NCBI RefSeq assembly: GCF_000092465.1
Contig: NC_014205.1
Span: 1,230,001 to 1,262,000 of the forward strand
From: Staphylothermus hellenicus DSM 12710
GTDB lineage: Archaea; Thermoproteota; Thermoprotei_A; Sulfolobales; Desulfurococcaceae
Reading direction: 5' to 3'
Length of the DNA stretch: 32,000 nucleotides
Shown: one piece after another, positions 16,311 through 27,672 of the stretch
Layout of the letters: every line of letters starts with the position of its first letter
How positions within the stretch are numbered: position 1 is the stretch's first letter
The notes under the pieces: model-generated
Told to the model about the DNA's origin: nothing
The model's input: the letters and a program-made list of their open reading frames with translations, nothing else
The model's database searches: none
Position numbers and translations under genes: made by a program

Positions 16311-16901
16311 TTGAATACCTACGAAGTAGAAGAGCTAAGACAAAAACTATTAGAGGATGCTCGAAAGAAAAGCGAAGAAATAATCAGAGAAGCAGAAAAA
16401 GAAGCCGAAAGAATAATTGAAGAAGCTGAAAGAAAATGGCGTGAGAAGGCAGAGCAGGAAAGAGAAAAAATAATAACTAATGCTAGATTAGAAGCACAAA
16501 AAATAATTTCTGAAGCACGCAGAAATTATAGGATCACATTAAGTAAAGCAAAAGCTGAAGTAATAAACAAAATATTAGAAGAAGCGAGGATAAGACTAAC
16601 CAAGAGAATAGGATTCAATATCGAGGAATCACTGGAGAAATTACTAGATGAAGCACTATATTATGTCGAGAATCCTTCAAAAATAATTATTAATCCACAA
16701 GATCGAGACATTATAAAAAAGATTTTGAAGAAAAAAGGATTAAAAAACATAGAGATAATTGAATCGGATAAGATATTCGGCGGATTAATTATTGAATCAA
16801 TTGATGGGAAAAGAGTTGATAACTCATATAATACTAGGTTAGAAAGAGCAAAAAGTACTGTGTTAAAGGAGTTAAACACTATTTTATGGGGTAAACGATA
16901 A
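16311..16901 (+). CDS. atpE: A-type ATP synthase subunit E
   Basis: 196 aa with a long charged N-terminal helix (EEIIREAEKEAERIIEEAERKWREKAEQ) and a globular C-terminus. Position between K and C supports the call. The start codon is apparently TTG. Confidence 0.8.
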   Translation: MNTYEVEELRQKLLEDARKKSEEIIREAEKEAERIIEEAERKWREKAEQEREKIITNARLEAQKIISEARRNYRITLSKAKAEVINKILEEARIRLTKRIGFNIEESLEKLLDEALYYVENPSKIIINPQDRDIIKKILKKKGLKNIEIIESDKIFGGLIIESIDGKRVDNSYNTRLERAKSTVLKELNTILWGKR

Positions 16902-16903
16902 AC

Positions 16904-17872
16904 ATGTCTATGTATGAATATGCTATAGCGAAAAATGTTTTAACAAGATTGCTTAGTAGAGAAGATTTTCTATCAATTCTTTCCTCGAGAAACATTGAAA
17001 ATGCTATAAAAACTATAGCTGATAAACCAATAGGTGCTCGTCTTTATCAAGTAATTAGAAGCAAGACCTATAGTATAACTGATCTAGAGCTAGAAATAGA
17101 TCAGTTTAACTTAGAGAGACTAAGTATTTTTAAACAAACTTGTAGAAAAGACAAGATCTACACAATAGATTCTATCGAAAAACTATTCGATTTAATAAAT
17201 ATTGCATACATTGTCTTAAACCTTATTAATGGGGGCAAGCCCTCCATAATATATCCTGTAGGTAATGCGGCAAACATAGATCTCTCCGGTGTAAGTAGTT
17301 TAGAAGAGTTTAAGAATATTCTTGGAAAGAATCTGGGCAAGCTCCTAGAACTGGTAATTATGGATGGTTTCAGGGACTATAACCTCTTGTTTTCAGCAAT
17401 AAATAAATTAAGGGATCATTTATTATTGCCAATGAGAATGAGAAGAGTATATGGTTTCATACGTGATTCTAACTTGGTTAAAACCTGTCTGTTAATGAAA
17501 GAAGAACCTGTTAAGCTACCCCATTTACTAACTATGAGCCTTGAAGACTTTACCAATCTATGTAGATCAAAAGATCCGGATCAATTAATGAGAATGCTGA
17601 GAGAAATTAATCCGCTATATAAAGGTTTCAGCGAACTATTGAGTGAAATATATAATGTATCAAAGAATATGGGAATAATTGATTTTGCTATACTATTATA
17701 TGCTTCATATATTTCAGAGGATCTAATCTATTCTTACGAGGAAGTTATTGCTAGAGCATACATCCTAATGATCACCGAGGCTTTAATGTTAAAGACGGCA
17801 TTAACTAATCTTTGGTTTAATACAAATATTGAATACTTGAAAAATATTGTGAATAAATGGTGGATTATATGA
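16904..17872 (+). CDS. atpC: A-type ATP synthase subunit C (V-type d-like)
   Basis: 322-aa helical ORF in the canonical position between E and F. Assignment is mainly by operon order and size. Confidence 0.7.
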   Translation: MSMYEYAIAKNVLTRLLSREDFLSILSSRNIENAIKTIADKPIGARLYQVIRSKTYSITDLELEIDQFNLERLSIFKQTCRKDKIYTIDSIEKLFDLINIAYIVLNLINGGKPSIIYPVGNAANIDLSGVSSLEEFKNILGKNLGKLLELVIMDGFRDYNLLFSAINKLRDHLLLPMRMRRVYGFIRDSNLVKTCLLMKEEPVKLPHLLTMSLEDFTNLCRSKDPDQLMRMLREINPLYKGFSELLSEIYNVSKNMGIIDFAILLYASYISEDLIYSYEEVIARAYILMITEALMLKTALTNLWFNTNIEYLKNIVNKWWII

Positions 17873-18195
17873 CGACTATTAAAGAAGAGAAAATTCTAGT
17901 AATTGGGGATTCCGCGATTTGTTTAATAGGTGCTGCAGCAGGATCGGATTTCTACATATTTAGAAACAACTGCGAGGAATTATTGAATTATATTAGAGAA
18001 AATATAGGTGTTTACGGCATATATATTGTGTCCCGCAACGTAATCGATAAATGCAAAAATATTAGTTCAGAACTCAATAAGCTTGATGCATTAGTAGTTA
18101 TTATTGATTCTCCTGAAACACTTAGAAAGATTAAGCCTAAGGAATACTATGAAGAACTTATGATGAAATATGTTGGAATGAAAATCAATTTATAG
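17857..18195 (+). CDS. atpF: A-type ATP synthase subunit F
   Basis: 112 aa with an N-terminal KILVIGDSAICLIGAAAG strand-loop typical of subunit F. It overlaps atpC by 16 nt. Confidence 0.7.
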   Translation: MVDYMTTIKEEKILVIGDSAICLIGAAAGSDFYIFRNNCEELLNYIRENIGVYGIYIVSRNVIDKCKNISSELNKLDALVVIIDSPETLRKIKPKEYYEELMMKYVGMKINL

Positions 18196-18301
18196 TGGAG
18201 AGTGAATACATATGTTTTCATCTAGTAGCTTATATGAAACAATAATCTTTTACCATAGATTAGAAAGTTTTTACACGACGTGTTTGTAAAAGTATGTATT
18301 T

Positions 18302-18306
18302 GGAGG
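18302..18306 (+). promoter_or_regulatory. Shine-Dalgarno-like GGAGG upstream of atpA
   Basis: GGAGG lies 7 nt upstream of ATG 18314, at the end of a 118-nt intra-cluster spacer. Confidence 0.45.
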
Positions 18307-18313
18307 ATTAAAA

Positions 18314-20092
18314 ATGAGCTTAGGTATTACTGGAAAAATCTATAGGGTGTCGGGTCCCCTAGTAATAGCTGAAAATATGCGTGGCTCGAAAGTTTATGAG
18401 GTAGTAGAGGTTGGAAGCGATAGATTAATCGGCGAGATAATCGGTGTTGAAGGAGATAAAGCTATCATACAAGTCTATGAAGACACAGGCGGGTTAAGAG
18501 TAGGAGACCCCGTATATGGTACAGGTTATCCATTAGCAGCAGAGCTTGGACCAGGACTTGTTGGTTCAATCTATGATGGTATTCAGAGGCCATTGCCTAT
18601 CCTACAGGAGCTGGTAGGATTCTTTGTGAAGAGAGGTGTGAAAGCCGAGCCTTTACCAAGAAATAAGAAGTGGCATTTTAAACCACTTGTTAAACAAGGA
18701 GAAAAAGTTGGACCAGGCGATGTTATTGGATATGTTGATGAGACCCCTGTTGTTAAACACTACATCATGATCCCTCCCGATACTCACGGTGTTGTTGAGG
18801 AAATAGTTGGTGAAGGAGAATATACAATAGTTGACCCTATTGCTAGGATTAATGGAAAAGAAATAGTTATGTTGCAGAAATGGCCTGTTAGAAAACCTCG
18901 TCCATACAGAGAAAAACTAGAACCTAGAGAACCAGTATTAACAGGGCAGAGAGTAATTGATTTCTTCTTCCCACTAGCGAAGGGAGGCAAAGCCGCTATT
19001 CCCGGAGGATTTGGAACAGGCAAGACTGTTACTCTTCAACAATTAACGAAGTGGAGCGCCGTAGATATAGCAATCTATGTTGGATGCGGTGAGAGAGGAA
19101 ACGAGATGGCTGATGCACTGCACAGTTTTAGAAAACTAGTTGATCCAAGAACAGGCAAACCATTGGTGGAGAGAAGCGTATTCATAGCGAACACTAGCAA
19201 TATGCCTGTAGCAGCTCGTGAAACAAGTATTTTCCTAGGAGCAACTATTGGGGAATACTTCCGAGACATGGGATATCATGTATTAATGGTTGCTGACTCA
19301 ACAAGTAGGTGGGCTGAGGCAATGAGGGAGATTAGTGGTAGACTAGAAGAGCTTCCAGGAGAGGAAGGATACCCCGCATATCTAGGTTCTAGGCTTGCAA
19401 GCTTTTATGAGAGAAGCGGCTATGTGAAAACTCTGGGTAAACCAGAGAAAACCGGTAGTCTAACAATAATGGGTGCTGTATCTCCTCCGGGCGCAGATTT
19501 TAGCGAGCCAGTAACTCAGGCAACTCTGAGGATTGTAAGAGCACTTTATGCTTTAGATGTTAATCTTGCTTATCGCCGTCATTACCCTGCCATTAACTGG
19601 CTTATAAGTTATAGCTTATACGTTGACAACGTAACTAATTGGTGGCATGAAAACATTGATCCAAGCTGGAGAGATTTAAGAGAGAAAGCTTTAGCAATCT
19701 TGCAGAAAGAAGCTGAGCTCGAAGAGCTTGTGAGGCTTGTTGGTGCAGAGGCATTGCCTGAAGAAGATAAGTTATTGTTAGAAGTTGCGAGAATGATTAG
19801 AGAAGATTTCCTCCAGCAAAATGCTTTCCACGAAATAGATACTTATTGTCCACCTAGGAAAGCAGTATTAATGATGAAAGCTATAATGCTCTTCTACGAA
19901 TTGGGGTTAGAGGCTGTTAGGAGAGGTATTAGTGTATCGAAGATTAAAAAGTTAAAATCACGTGTTAAAATAGCCCGTATGAAGGAGATCCCCAACATTG
20001 ATTTTGAAGACGCGTTTAAATCCTTATTCGAAGAGATTAAAAGAGATTTTGAATCATTAATGAAGGAGGCTGAGACCATTGCCGAGCTTTAG
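18314..20092 (+). CDS. atpA: A-type ATP synthase catalytic subunit A
   Basis: 592 aa with the P-loop [10 protein letters not shown] and the non-homologous region typical of A subunits. [32 protein letters not shown] is a near-consensus segment. The size gives no room for an intein. Confidence 0.97.
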   Translation: MSLGITGKIYRVSGPLVIAENMRGSKVYEVVEVGSDRLIGEIIGVEGDKAIIQVYEDTGGLRVGDPVYGTGYPLAAELGPGLVGSIYDGIQRPLPILQELVGFFVKRGVKAEPLPRNKKWHFKPLVKQGEKVGPGDVIGYVDETPVVKHYIMIPPDTHGVVEEIVGEGEYTIVDPIARINGKEIVMLQKWPVRKPRPYREKLEPREPVLTGQRVIDFFFPLAKGGKAAIPGGFGTGKTVTLQQLTKWSAVDIAIYVGCGERGNEMADALHSFRKLVDPRTGKPLVERSVFIANTSNMPVAARETSIFLGATIGEYFRDMGYHVLMVADSTSRWAEAMREISGRLEELPGEEGYPAYLGSRLASFYERSGYVKTLGKPEKTGSLTIMGAVSPPGADFSEPVTQATLRIVRALYALDVNLAYRRHYPAINWLISYSLYVDNVTNWWHENIDPSWRDLREKALAILQKEAELEELVRLVGAEALPEEDKLLLEVARMIREDFLQQNAFHEIDTYCPPRKAVLMMKAIMLFYELGLEAVRRGISVSKIKKLKSRVKIARMKEIPNIDFEDAFKSLFEEIKRDFESLMKEAETIAEL

Positions 20093-21488
20093 CTTAGCTG
20101 TTCGCGAATCCCCCAAGCTCCTTAAAGCTCAGGGTAGTTTATTAATAGCAGAGCCTATGAAAGGTGTCAGCTACGGAGAAGTTGTCGAAGTAGTTCTGGG
20201 TTCAGGGGAGGCAAAGCTTGGACAAGTAATTGACGTCAGCAAAGACGCCACTATTATACAGGTTTTCGGCGGAGTCAGCGATATCGATCTGAAGGTATCC
20301 AAGGTTAGATACCGTGGAGAAACACTGAAGCTACCTGTCGGTATTGATATGCTAGGCAGAATATTTGATGGACTCGGCAGACCAATAGATGGCGGACCAC
20401 CAATAGTTCCAGAGGATTACTTAGACATAAATGGTAGCCCTATAAATCCAGCATCTAGGCTTCCACCATCAGAATTTATTGAAACAGGGATTTCAGCCAT
20501 TGATGGGTTAAACAGTATTGTTCGTGGACAAAAGCTCCCAATATTTAGTGGTTCAGGACTACCACATAACCGTATAGCTGCACAAATTGTTAGGCAAGCA
20601 AGGGTTAGAGGTAAGGAGGAGAAGTTCGCAGTTGTATTCGCAGCTATTGGTGTGAGCTATGATGATGCAATGTTCTTCATCGAGAACTTCAAAAACTATG
20701 GTGCTCTAGAAAACGCGGTAGCATTTATTAATACTGCTGATTCACCAGTAATTGAGAGAATAGCTATTCCAAGAGTTGCTTTAACAGCCGCTGAATTTCT
20801 TGCATGGAAACATGATATGCATGTTCTAGTAATACTTACTGACATGACTAATTATTGTGAAGCACTAAGAGAACTAAGTGCTGCACGCGAAGAAGTCCCT
20901 AGTAGGAGAGGTTATCCTGGATACATGTATACAGATTTAGCAACAATTTATGAGCGTGCAGGACGTGTTGAAGGGAAGAAAGGCAGTATTACACAAATGC
21001 CTATACTAACCATGCCTAACGACGACATCACACATCCAATCCCCGACCTTACAGGGTATATTACTGAGGGCCAGCTAGTATTATCTAGGCAACTATGGTT
21101 GAAAGGTATCTATCCACCATTCGATATATTAATGAGCTTATCTAGGTTAATGAAGGACGGTATCGGACCCGGTAAAACCAGGGAGGATCACCGCGGAGTC
21201 TTTATGCAGTTATACAGTGCATACGCCGAAGGTGTTAGGTTGAGAGAGTTAGCAGTTGTTGTTGGAACAGAAGCTTTATCAGCTAGGGATCGTAAATACT
21301 TAGAGTTTGCTGATAAATTTGAGAGAGAATTCATTGGGCAAGGAGAATATGAGCGGAGAACAATTGAGGAAACACTTGATAAAGGATGGGAACTATTAGC
21401 TATTCTACCAGAAGATGAATTAAAACATGTAAAAATAGAGCATATAAGGAAATATCATCCGAAATATAGAGGTAAAACCTCTAAGTAG
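20079..21488 (+). CDS. atpB: A-type ATP synthase subunit B
   Basis: 469 aa with consensus B-subunit segments ([48 protein letters not shown]). It overlaps atpA by 14 nt. Confidence 0.97.
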   Translation: MPSFSLAVRESPKLLKAQGSLLIAEPMKGVSYGEVVEVVLGSGEAKLGQVIDVSKDATIIQVFGGVSDIDLKVSKVRYRGETLKLPVGIDMLGRIFDGLGRPIDGGPPIVPEDYLDINGSPINPASRLPPSEFIETGISAIDGLNSIVRGQKLPIFSGSGLPHNRIAAQIVRQARVRGKEEKFAVVFAAIGVSYDDAMFFIENFKNYGALENAVAFINTADSPVIERIAIPRVALTAAEFLAWKHDMHVLVILTDMTNYCEALRELSAAREEVPSRRGYPGYMYTDLATIYERAGRVEGKKGSITQMPILTMPNDDITHPIPDLTGYITEGQLVLSRQLWLKGIYPPFDILMSLSRLMKDGIGPGKTREDHRGVFMQLYSAYAEGVRLRELAVVVGTEALSARDRKYLEFADKFEREFIGQGEYERRTIEETLDKGWELLAILPEDELKHVKIEHIRKYHPKYRGKTSK

Positions 21489-22092
21489 ACCCATTTAAAA
21501 CTTTATTCTTTATATTCCTTAATTCCTCAACAACAACTTTTACATATACGTATTTCGCCGTCGACTCCAAAGCTATTATGGAATCCAAAGCATCTGCAAC
21601 ATCTTTACCGCCAGCAAATACTCCGTGTCTGGGAACAATAACTATTTTTGCACCAGCCCTAAAACCTTCGGCAATTTTTTCCGCAAGCTCTAGAGAGCCT
21701 GGAGGCGCATATTCTGAAACATATACTTTTCCAAGACTATATTCTGCCTCAACAGTGCCTGCAAGCCACCAGTTTTCTAAACCTATATCTGTTAATGATG
21801 TAGCTAATGGTAAGTGAGCATGTAGTATTGCGTGGATATCGTTTCGAACCCTATATGTTTTTGCATGTGCATTAACCTCTATGCTTGGCTTGTATTTACC
21901 AATATATGAATTATTTATAATATCATATAATACTAGATCATCTGTTTTCAGCAAATGCTTAGGAATACCGCTGGGAGTTATAAGTATGCGGCGATCATCA
22001 ACCCTAATACTTCCATTTCCACCTTTCGGATTTGTATAACCGAGGCTGACAAGGAGCTTCATAGAGTGAATAAGCATTTCTGGTTCCTCCAT
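21481..22092 (-). CDS. Class II aldolase/adducin-domain protein (fuculose-phosphate aldolase / MTRu-1-P dehydratase-like)
   Basis: 203 aa with the His-cluster pattern NAHAKTY...[12 protein letters not shown] typical of the family. Its 3' end overlaps the atpB 3' end by 8 nt (convergent genes). Confidence 0.8.
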   Translation of the reverse strand: MEEPEMLIHSMKLLVSLGYTNPKGGNGSIRVDDRRILITPSGIPKHLLKTDDLVLYDIINNSYIGKYKPSIEVNAHAKTYRVRNDIHAILHAHLPLATSLTDIGLENWWLAGTVEAEYSLGKVYVSEYAPPGSLELAEKIAEGFRAGAKIVIVPRHGVFAGGKDVADALDSIIALESTAKYVYVKVVVEELRNIKNKVLNGST

Positions 22093-22111
22093 TAAATATC
22101 ACCAATAAGCT

Positions 22112-22822
22112 TCATAATTCATATGTGAAACCCGCACCTGCATCAATATATTTATCTCTATAATTATTTCTAAGAATACTTCTAAATAATTCGCCGCTAC
22201 AATGAAGAGGTATAACGAAATCCACTCCATACTTCTCCATTAACAACTTCACCGAGGCCTCAACTATTTTTCTAGGAGCATTTTCTAAGTGAAAGCCTCC
22301 TATAACACCTCTTATACGATCACCTAGATATCCAGTTATTGTTTTTAATACTTTATCTACTCCTGCATGCATACATCCAGAGAAAACTATAATGCCCTTA
22401 GGAGTATTTATAACGAGGAAATGCTCCCACGGAGGACCATGTATAGGTTTTGTAATATATGTATTTCTCCACAGCTTCACCCAATCAATTACTTCTACAG
22501 GAGTTAAACCATTATTTCTAACCATACGCCCAACACTATCCATGCTATCATACGGTATGAATATTTTAAGGAAAGGAGCTGCCCATCCTAATAATTGTAG
22601 TCCACCCATATGATCACTGTGAGCATGGGAAATAGTGGCGGCATCAATAAGATCTAAGTTAACATCTAATCTATCAGAATTATACTGTAAAACTCCACTA
22701 TCAGGCCCAAGATCGAATAGGAGGAAATTATTGTTTATCTCAACATATATAGATAAGCCTCTCCGCGTCTTTAAACCTTCAATGTAAGGCCGATCATCAA
22801 CTAGTACAGTTATTTTAATCAA
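22112..22822 (-). CDS. Metallo-beta-lactamase-fold protein (COG1237/MJ0301-like)
   Basis: 236 aa with an N-terminal MIKITVLVDD...GLSIYVE...LLFDLGP and the metal motif SHAHSDHMGG. Confidence 0.8.
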   Translation of the reverse strand: MIKITVLVDDRPYIEGLKTRRGLSIYVEINNNFLLFDLGPDSGVLQYNSDRLDVNLDLIDAATISHAHSDHMGGLQLLGWAAPFLKIFIPYDSMDSVGRMVRNNGLTPVEVIDWVKLWRNTYITKPIHGPPWEHFLVINTPKGIIVFSGCMHAGVDKVLKTITGYLGDRIRGVIGGFHLENAPRKIVEASVKLLMEKYGVDFVIPLHCSGELFRSILRNNYRDKYIDAGAGFTYEL

Positions 22823-22924
22823 TCACATCCCCATAACCTTTATACTTTATATAAAATGTTTATTGCTTATTGAAATATATAGATTCCAGTCTGTAGATCA
22901 GGAATAAGAGGAGACAAGGCCGTT

Positions 22925-23599
22925 ATGAAAGCGACAATACTGTTTACAGGAGGAAAAGACTCAACATATGCTTTACACCTAGCTTATCTTCAAGGATTTG
23001 ATATAGTTGTTTTATCCACTATTTATCCATTATATGAATACTCAATGCTTTATCATAAGCCCATATTTGATTTATTAAGACTTCAAGCAAAAAGCCTGGG
23101 ATTACCCCTTGAAAGCATGGCTGTTTATTCTCCCAAACAAGAGCTTTCCACTCTTTACAAGTTGTTGAAGAGAGTGAAGGAAAACTATGGTGTAGAAGCA
23201 GTGGTTTCGGGAGCTGTTCTAAGCGATTATCAGAGAATGAGGTATTCAATGATATGTGATGAACTAGGATTAGAACCTTATACTCCTCTCTGGAGAATTG
23301 ATCAATCAAAATATATGTTTGAACTAGTCGAGCACGGTATTGAATTCATATTAATCAGTATTAATACTTATGGATTACCAATGAAGCTTCTGGGCAAAAT
23401 AATAACGGATAAAGATGTCTATGAAATAATTAATAGGTCGAGAAAATACGGTTTTAACCCTGCTTTTGAAGGAGGAGAGGCAGAAACACTTGTTGTAAAC
23501 AGTCCATTGTTTAGGAGAAGAATAAGAGTTATTGGGAGAAGAATGATTAAGTCGCCGTATGAAGGGGTTTTTATTATAGATAGTTATGGTTTTCAGTAG
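22925..23599 (+). CDS. dph6: PP-loop ATP pyrophosphatase, diphthine-ammonia ligase-like (MJ0570 family)
   Basis: 224 aa with the PP-loop LFTGGKDS plus SGAVLSDYQRMRYSMICDELGLEPYTPLW and FEGGEAETLVVNSPLF, all typical of the family. Confidence 0.75.
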   Translation: MKATILFTGGKDSTYALHLAYLQGFDIVVLSTIYPLYEYSMLYHKPIFDLLRLQAKSLGLPLESMAVYSPKQELSTLYKLLKRVKENYGVEAVVSGAVLSDYQRMRYSMICDELGLEPYTPLWRIDQSKYMFELVEHGIEFILISINTYGLPMKLLGKIITDKDVYEIINRSRKYGFNPAFEGGEAETLVVNSPLFRRRIRVIGRRMIKSPYEGVFIIDSYGFQ

Positions 23600-23648
23600 C
23601 TCTAAAAAATACTTTATTTTTATATAGCAATAGTTACTGTTATATTAT

Positions 23649-23894
23649 TCATTGTTTTTGAGATAGATAATTTACTAAGACATTAGTTAAATGCTCTGGC
23701 TTAGTATACCATTTATCGTATTTATAGTCTTTGCCAGCAATAGTTACAATAACGTATTCTCCCTGATCCTTAACTAATGCATGAATCTTGTTATCCTTAA
23801 CTATAGCGAAAACACTTGGGCTCTTCTCTAATATTTTGTACCCGGCTAGCTTTGCTAATAACATTGTTTTAAGCTGTTTAATATAGTCACTCAT
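23649..23894 (-). CDS. Hypothetical small protein
   Basis: 81-aa ORF occupying an otherwise empty gap. No motif recognised. Confidence 0.45.
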   Translation of the reverse strand: MSDYIKQLKTMLLAKLAGYKILEKSPSVFAIVKDNKIHALVKDQGEYVIVTIAGKDYKYDKWYTKPEHLTNVLVNYLSQKQ

Positions 23895-23984
23895 TCTTTA
23901 TCCACACCTCTAATAGATATTGAATCAATAAACTACAAATACATTTTTAACCCTTTAAAAACTACTCGTCTACAATTGAAACCA

Positions 23985-25436
23985 TTAATATGTGGTGCCG
24001 ATTAACACGTATCTATCAGGTTTTCTATTACAAATAGTTTTTCCTTGAAGACTAGGTAGTTTTATAGGTGATTCAATTATTTCGCCTAAAACTTGTTTTC
24101 CAGTAATCTCTTCTAGTTCTTCTGCGCACTCCTTTGTTCCATCCCATGGGGTAATAATTAATCCCTTCACGCCTTTACCTATCTCTTCAGGTTTATCAGT
24201 TATAATAGTCATTTTCTTCAAATGTTCTATTGCTTTATTCCTTAGATAATCATTGATCTCTGTCCAAATAATTCTTAGTTTATCTATTAACTCGTTAATG
24301 TTTACAGTAATCTTTTTAGCGCCATCTCTCCTAGCAATTGTGACAGTATTGTTATTAAGTTCTCTTCTACCTATCTCGATTCTTGTTGGTACACCTTTCA
24401 TTTCCCAGAAATAATATTTCCAGCCAGGCGTATGCTCTGGGTCATCATCTAAATACGTTCTAATACCGGCTTCTGAGAGTTTTTCACTGATCCCCCTAGC
24501 ATACTCTATTATGTCCTGCTCATCTCTTCTAGCTATAGGCACTATAACAACTTGTATAGGAGCTATTATGGGTGGGAGAAACAATCCTTTTTTATCACCA
24601 TGTATTGCAATAACAGCTCCTAATGTTCTCTCACTAACACCATAACATGTTTGATAAACATACTTAGTTTTTCCATCACTATCCATGAATTTTATATCAA
24701 ATGCTCTAGCAAATTTCTGGCCCAAATTAATAACTGAACCAAGTTCTAAGCCCTTACCATCCGGCATAGCTGTTATAAAATCATAGTTATATTCTGCACC
24801 AGCAAAAGTATCCCAAGGCGGAGTCTTAACAATGAAATATGGTAGTAGGAGTGAGTCGAAGAACTTCTTATATATGTTTAATGCTTCATTGATCTGTTTT
24901 TCAGCTTCCTCGCTAGTAGCGTGAGCCGTGTGTGCTTCTATGAAGCTCATTATTTCTCTAACCCTTAAAATGGGATGGGTCATTTTTGTTTCATACCTGA
25001 ATACATTAACTATTTGATACATTTTCAGGGGAAGATCTTTTCTTCCCTTAATCCATATATTCCACATATAATACATGACTGTTTCACTAGTGGGGCGAAC
25101 GAAGAGTTTTTCGTTGAATTTCTTAGTCATTGTACCCTCAACAACAAATGTTTCACCACCAAATCCTTGGAGAAAATCTTTCTCTTTAGAAAACACTGAT
25201 TCAGGTATCATTGTTGGAAAATATGCTTCTTCATGACCGGTTTCCTCGAGAAGATTAATCATTATCTTTTGAATCATTCTTAAAGCTTTTAATCCATAAG
25301 GCATCCACACGTTCATTCCTTTAACCGGGTACCTGGTATCAACTATTTTTGCATGTTTCAATATTTCATGGTACCATTTAGGAAAATCAGAGTATTTATC
25401 TAGTCTAAATCTTTCCAGACTCAAAATCTCACCCAT
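23985..25436 (-). CDS. proS: Prolyl-tRNA synthetase, archaeal/eukaryote-like type
   Basis: 483 aa with an N-terminal FPKWYHEILKHAKIVDTRYPVKGMNVWMPYG, class II motifs (FRYE, GAEYN..) and a C-terminal extension ending in Tyr. Confidence 0.95.
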   Translation of the reverse strand: MGEILSLERFRLDKYSDFPKWYHEILKHAKIVDTRYPVKGMNVWMPYGLKALRMIQKIMINLLEETGHEEAYFPTMIPESVFSKEKDFLQGFGGETFVVEGTMTKKFNEKLFVRPTSETVMYYMWNIWIKGRKDLPLKMYQIVNVFRYETKMTHPILRVREIMSFIEAHTAHATSEEAEKQINEALNIYKKFFDSLLLPYFIVKTPPWDTFAGAEYNYDFITAMPDGKGLELGSVINLGQKFARAFDIKFMDSDGKTKYVYQTCYGVSERTLGAVIAIHGDKKGLFLPPIIAPIQVVIVPIARRDEQDIIEYARGISEKLSEAGIRTYLDDDPEHTPGWKYYFWEMKGVPTRIEIGRRELNNNTVTIARRDGAKKITVNINELIDKLRIIWTEINDYLRNKAIEHLKKMTIITDKPEEIGKGVKGLIITPWDGTKECAEELEEITGKQVLGEIIESPIKLPSLQGKTICNRKPDRYVLIGTTY

Positions 25437-25509
25437 TTTTCTCTAATTTCTTTTAAACATTTGTTCAATAATTGTAGAATAAATATGTTTTTAATATTTG
25501 AGTTTTGAA

Positions 25510-27126
25510 TCAGGGTTGTTTCTCGTATTTCTTATATAGAACAATATTTTTTATAATGTCTTCAATTCTTTTATTATATAAATTAATTCGTTGAATTAAT
25601 GCATATTGTAGGCTTTTTATTAGTTCTTCTTTATTATGATTAGTCGGCGATATATCTAGGAACTGTTCTCTATCAACAACTTTGACTCTAATTCTTTTCC
25701 CTATATATTGATCTATTTTGTCTAGTTTATCCATTATCTCAACAACATCGGCGAGTAGGTCAGATGTAAATAATCCATCTTGGCTGGGAACATATATTAT
25801 TGAGCTAAGTTCTCGTGTAACAATCCTAATAGAAGCATCTTCGTTTATCTTATTATTTATTGTTTCAAGTTTTGATACTAGATTTCTTGCTTCAAGAGGT
25901 GTTTTATCGCCGAGTCTTTCTTTAATGTATTTAGTTATGTATCTATATTTTGGCATATTATTATTTATACATCTCACCGTATCATCTAATGTTTCTAAAG
26001 CATTACTGATTATATAATCATAGACTTCTCTACCATCATCGAGGTTGGTATGGTAGATATGTTTCATCTCCTTAAGGGTATGAAGCGTAATTGCTGGAAT
26101 TCCGTGAAGAGTATAAGAGTAGCTGTCGAAATCTGTGTAATTATATCCATCATAGATTCCTCTCCCGCTCTCAACTAGTTTATTTATACAATCCATAAGC
26201 GATGGATTAGCGTTGAAATGTAATGGATAAGTATATATAGCATCTACATTTACATCAGCAATTATCTTTGAGGTATCATTTCTAGCCTCTAATAATTCGA
26301 GATAATATCTGCTACCCCATATCCAGTACCAGCTTGTAAAATATGGTGACCCCGATTCTTCAGCGGTGTAAGAGATGAAGACTAGATTATGTTCATTCCA
26401 GTTTTTCCTATACTTCTTCATTAGCTGAATAAGGAGTTCAACGCCAACCATGTTATCGCTGAATCCACTAAACCAGTGATCGTGATGAGCTGTTACATGT
26501 ATTTCTCTGTCTCCACGCCCATTTATTCCAGCAATCACGGTGTAGCCTTGCGCATTATGTGTTATTTTTGTATTAGATCTAAAAATTATTCTCCGAGGCA
26601 TTTCCTTATATATTCTAAGATAATCCTCCTTCCTTATAGAAGCAACTGGTATAGGCGATGGTGCTCCATGACTAAAGCTATAGTCCTCATCTCCTATAAT
26701 CACCATTCTCCTATACCTTCCCGGGAGAACATCATAGAAAATAACGGCTTTAGCGCCGTGTTCGTAGAGTTTTAGAACAACATATTTTGAATCATCAGGA
26801 TCATCTGGAAACGGAATAAAAACAATGTTTCCAGATACTTGTTTATTAGAAACTATTTTATCACCTAAATAATCAGCAAAAACAGGCTCACCCTCTACTT
26901 CTCCAGATAATGTAAATGGCATTGATTTACAATTCAATATATTATCGTGAAAGCTTATAGTACAGCTTATTTCCTCCCATGTATCTAGGGGGACTTTTAT
27001 GATCTTCGCCCAATCACTATATTCTTTGAAATATTCCTTAATACCACTAGCTATTTGGTGTTCTACCTCGGAGCCGGCAATAGCTTCTCTATGAAATTTA
27101 TCCCTATGTAAGACATGGTATTCCAT
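25510..27126 (-). CDS. M28-family metallopeptidase with PA-like insert
   Basis: 538 aa with metal-ligand-like segments HVTAHHDHW, YTAEESG and NVDAIY. No obvious signal peptide. Confidence 0.7.
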   Translation of the reverse strand: MEYHVLHRDKFHREAIAGSEVEHQIASGIKEYFKEYSDWAKIIKVPLDTWEEISCTISFHDNILNCKSMPFTLSGEVEGEPVFADYLGDKIVSNKQVSGNIVFIPFPDDPDDSKYVVLKLYEHGAKAVIFYDVLPGRYRRMVIIGDEDYSFSHGAPSPIPVASIRKEDYLRIYKEMPRRIIFRSNTKITHNAQGYTVIAGINGRGDREIHVTAHHDHWFSGFSDNMVGVELLIQLMKKYRKNWNEHNLVFISYTAEESGSPYFTSWYWIWGSRYYLELLEARNDTSKIIADVNVDAIYTYPLHFNANPSLMDCINKLVESGRGIYDGYNYTDFDSYSYTLHGIPAITLHTLKEMKHIYHTNLDDGREVYDYIISNALETLDDTVRCINNNMPKYRYITKYIKERLGDKTPLEARNLVSKLETINNKINEDASIRIVTRELSSIIYVPSQDGLFTSDLLADVVEIMDKLDKIDQYIGKRIRVKVVDREQFLDISPTNHNKEELIKSLQYALIQRINLYNKRIEDIIKNIVLYKKYEKQP

Positions 27127-27672
27127 ATTGTTTCAACCCGTAATGTTTTATTAAGGTCTACTAACTATTCATGTTTTTACAGGTTAATAGAGTTGAAGAT
27201 CATAAGTTTTCATATAAAAAATCTAGATGGTTTTCTGGAAAAGCTCAAAGATCTAGGCTATAGTATAGAACTAGGTGCTCACAGCGTTCTCCTCGATCAC
27301 AGCGAATTAACAAGTATTACTGTTAAGAAGAAGGGATCTATAGAATTAATACTTATTATCCACTATATAACACCGTATTATAGAGTTGAAACAATGAATA
27401 TTAGTGATGAGGACAAGTACCTGAAAGAACTTATTAGAATTAAACATAGCGGTGAGAAATGGAAAATACCTGTTAATCCAGTGATTGGAGTCGTTATGGC
27501 TGATAATAATGAGGAATTAATGAAAATGATCAATGATTACAAAGATGATTATCCGGTTAAAGATGCTGATAAACTACTAGATCATTATAGAAGCAGGAAT
27601 CCTAGATATCAGAATATTCCAAGACTATTACTTGCTAGAATACTGGATGAGCTAAGTGGATATAGAGGATGA
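27115..27672 (+). CDS. Hypothetical protein (true start probably downstream, e.g. TTG 27193)
   Basis: 185-aa track ORF whose first 12 nt overlap the divergent peptidase start. An in-frame TTG at 27193 follows a TTTTATTAAG box. Its 3' end overlaps the recombinase 3' end by 21 nt. Confidence 0.45.
   Translation: MVFHIVSTRNVLLRSTNYSCFYRLIELKIISFHIKNLDGFLEKLKDLGYSIELGAHSVLLDHSELTSITVKKKGSIELILIIHYITPYYRVETMNISDEDKYLKELIRIKHSGEKWKIPVNPVIGVVMADNNEELMKMINDYKDDYPVKDADKLLDHYRSRNPRYQNIPRLLLARILDELSGYRG

Noticed and set aside
18314-20092. Possible intein in atpA, as found in some archaeal A subunits.
   Set aside because: The ORF is 592 aa with contiguous conserved segments across the usual insertion point, which leaves no room for an intein.
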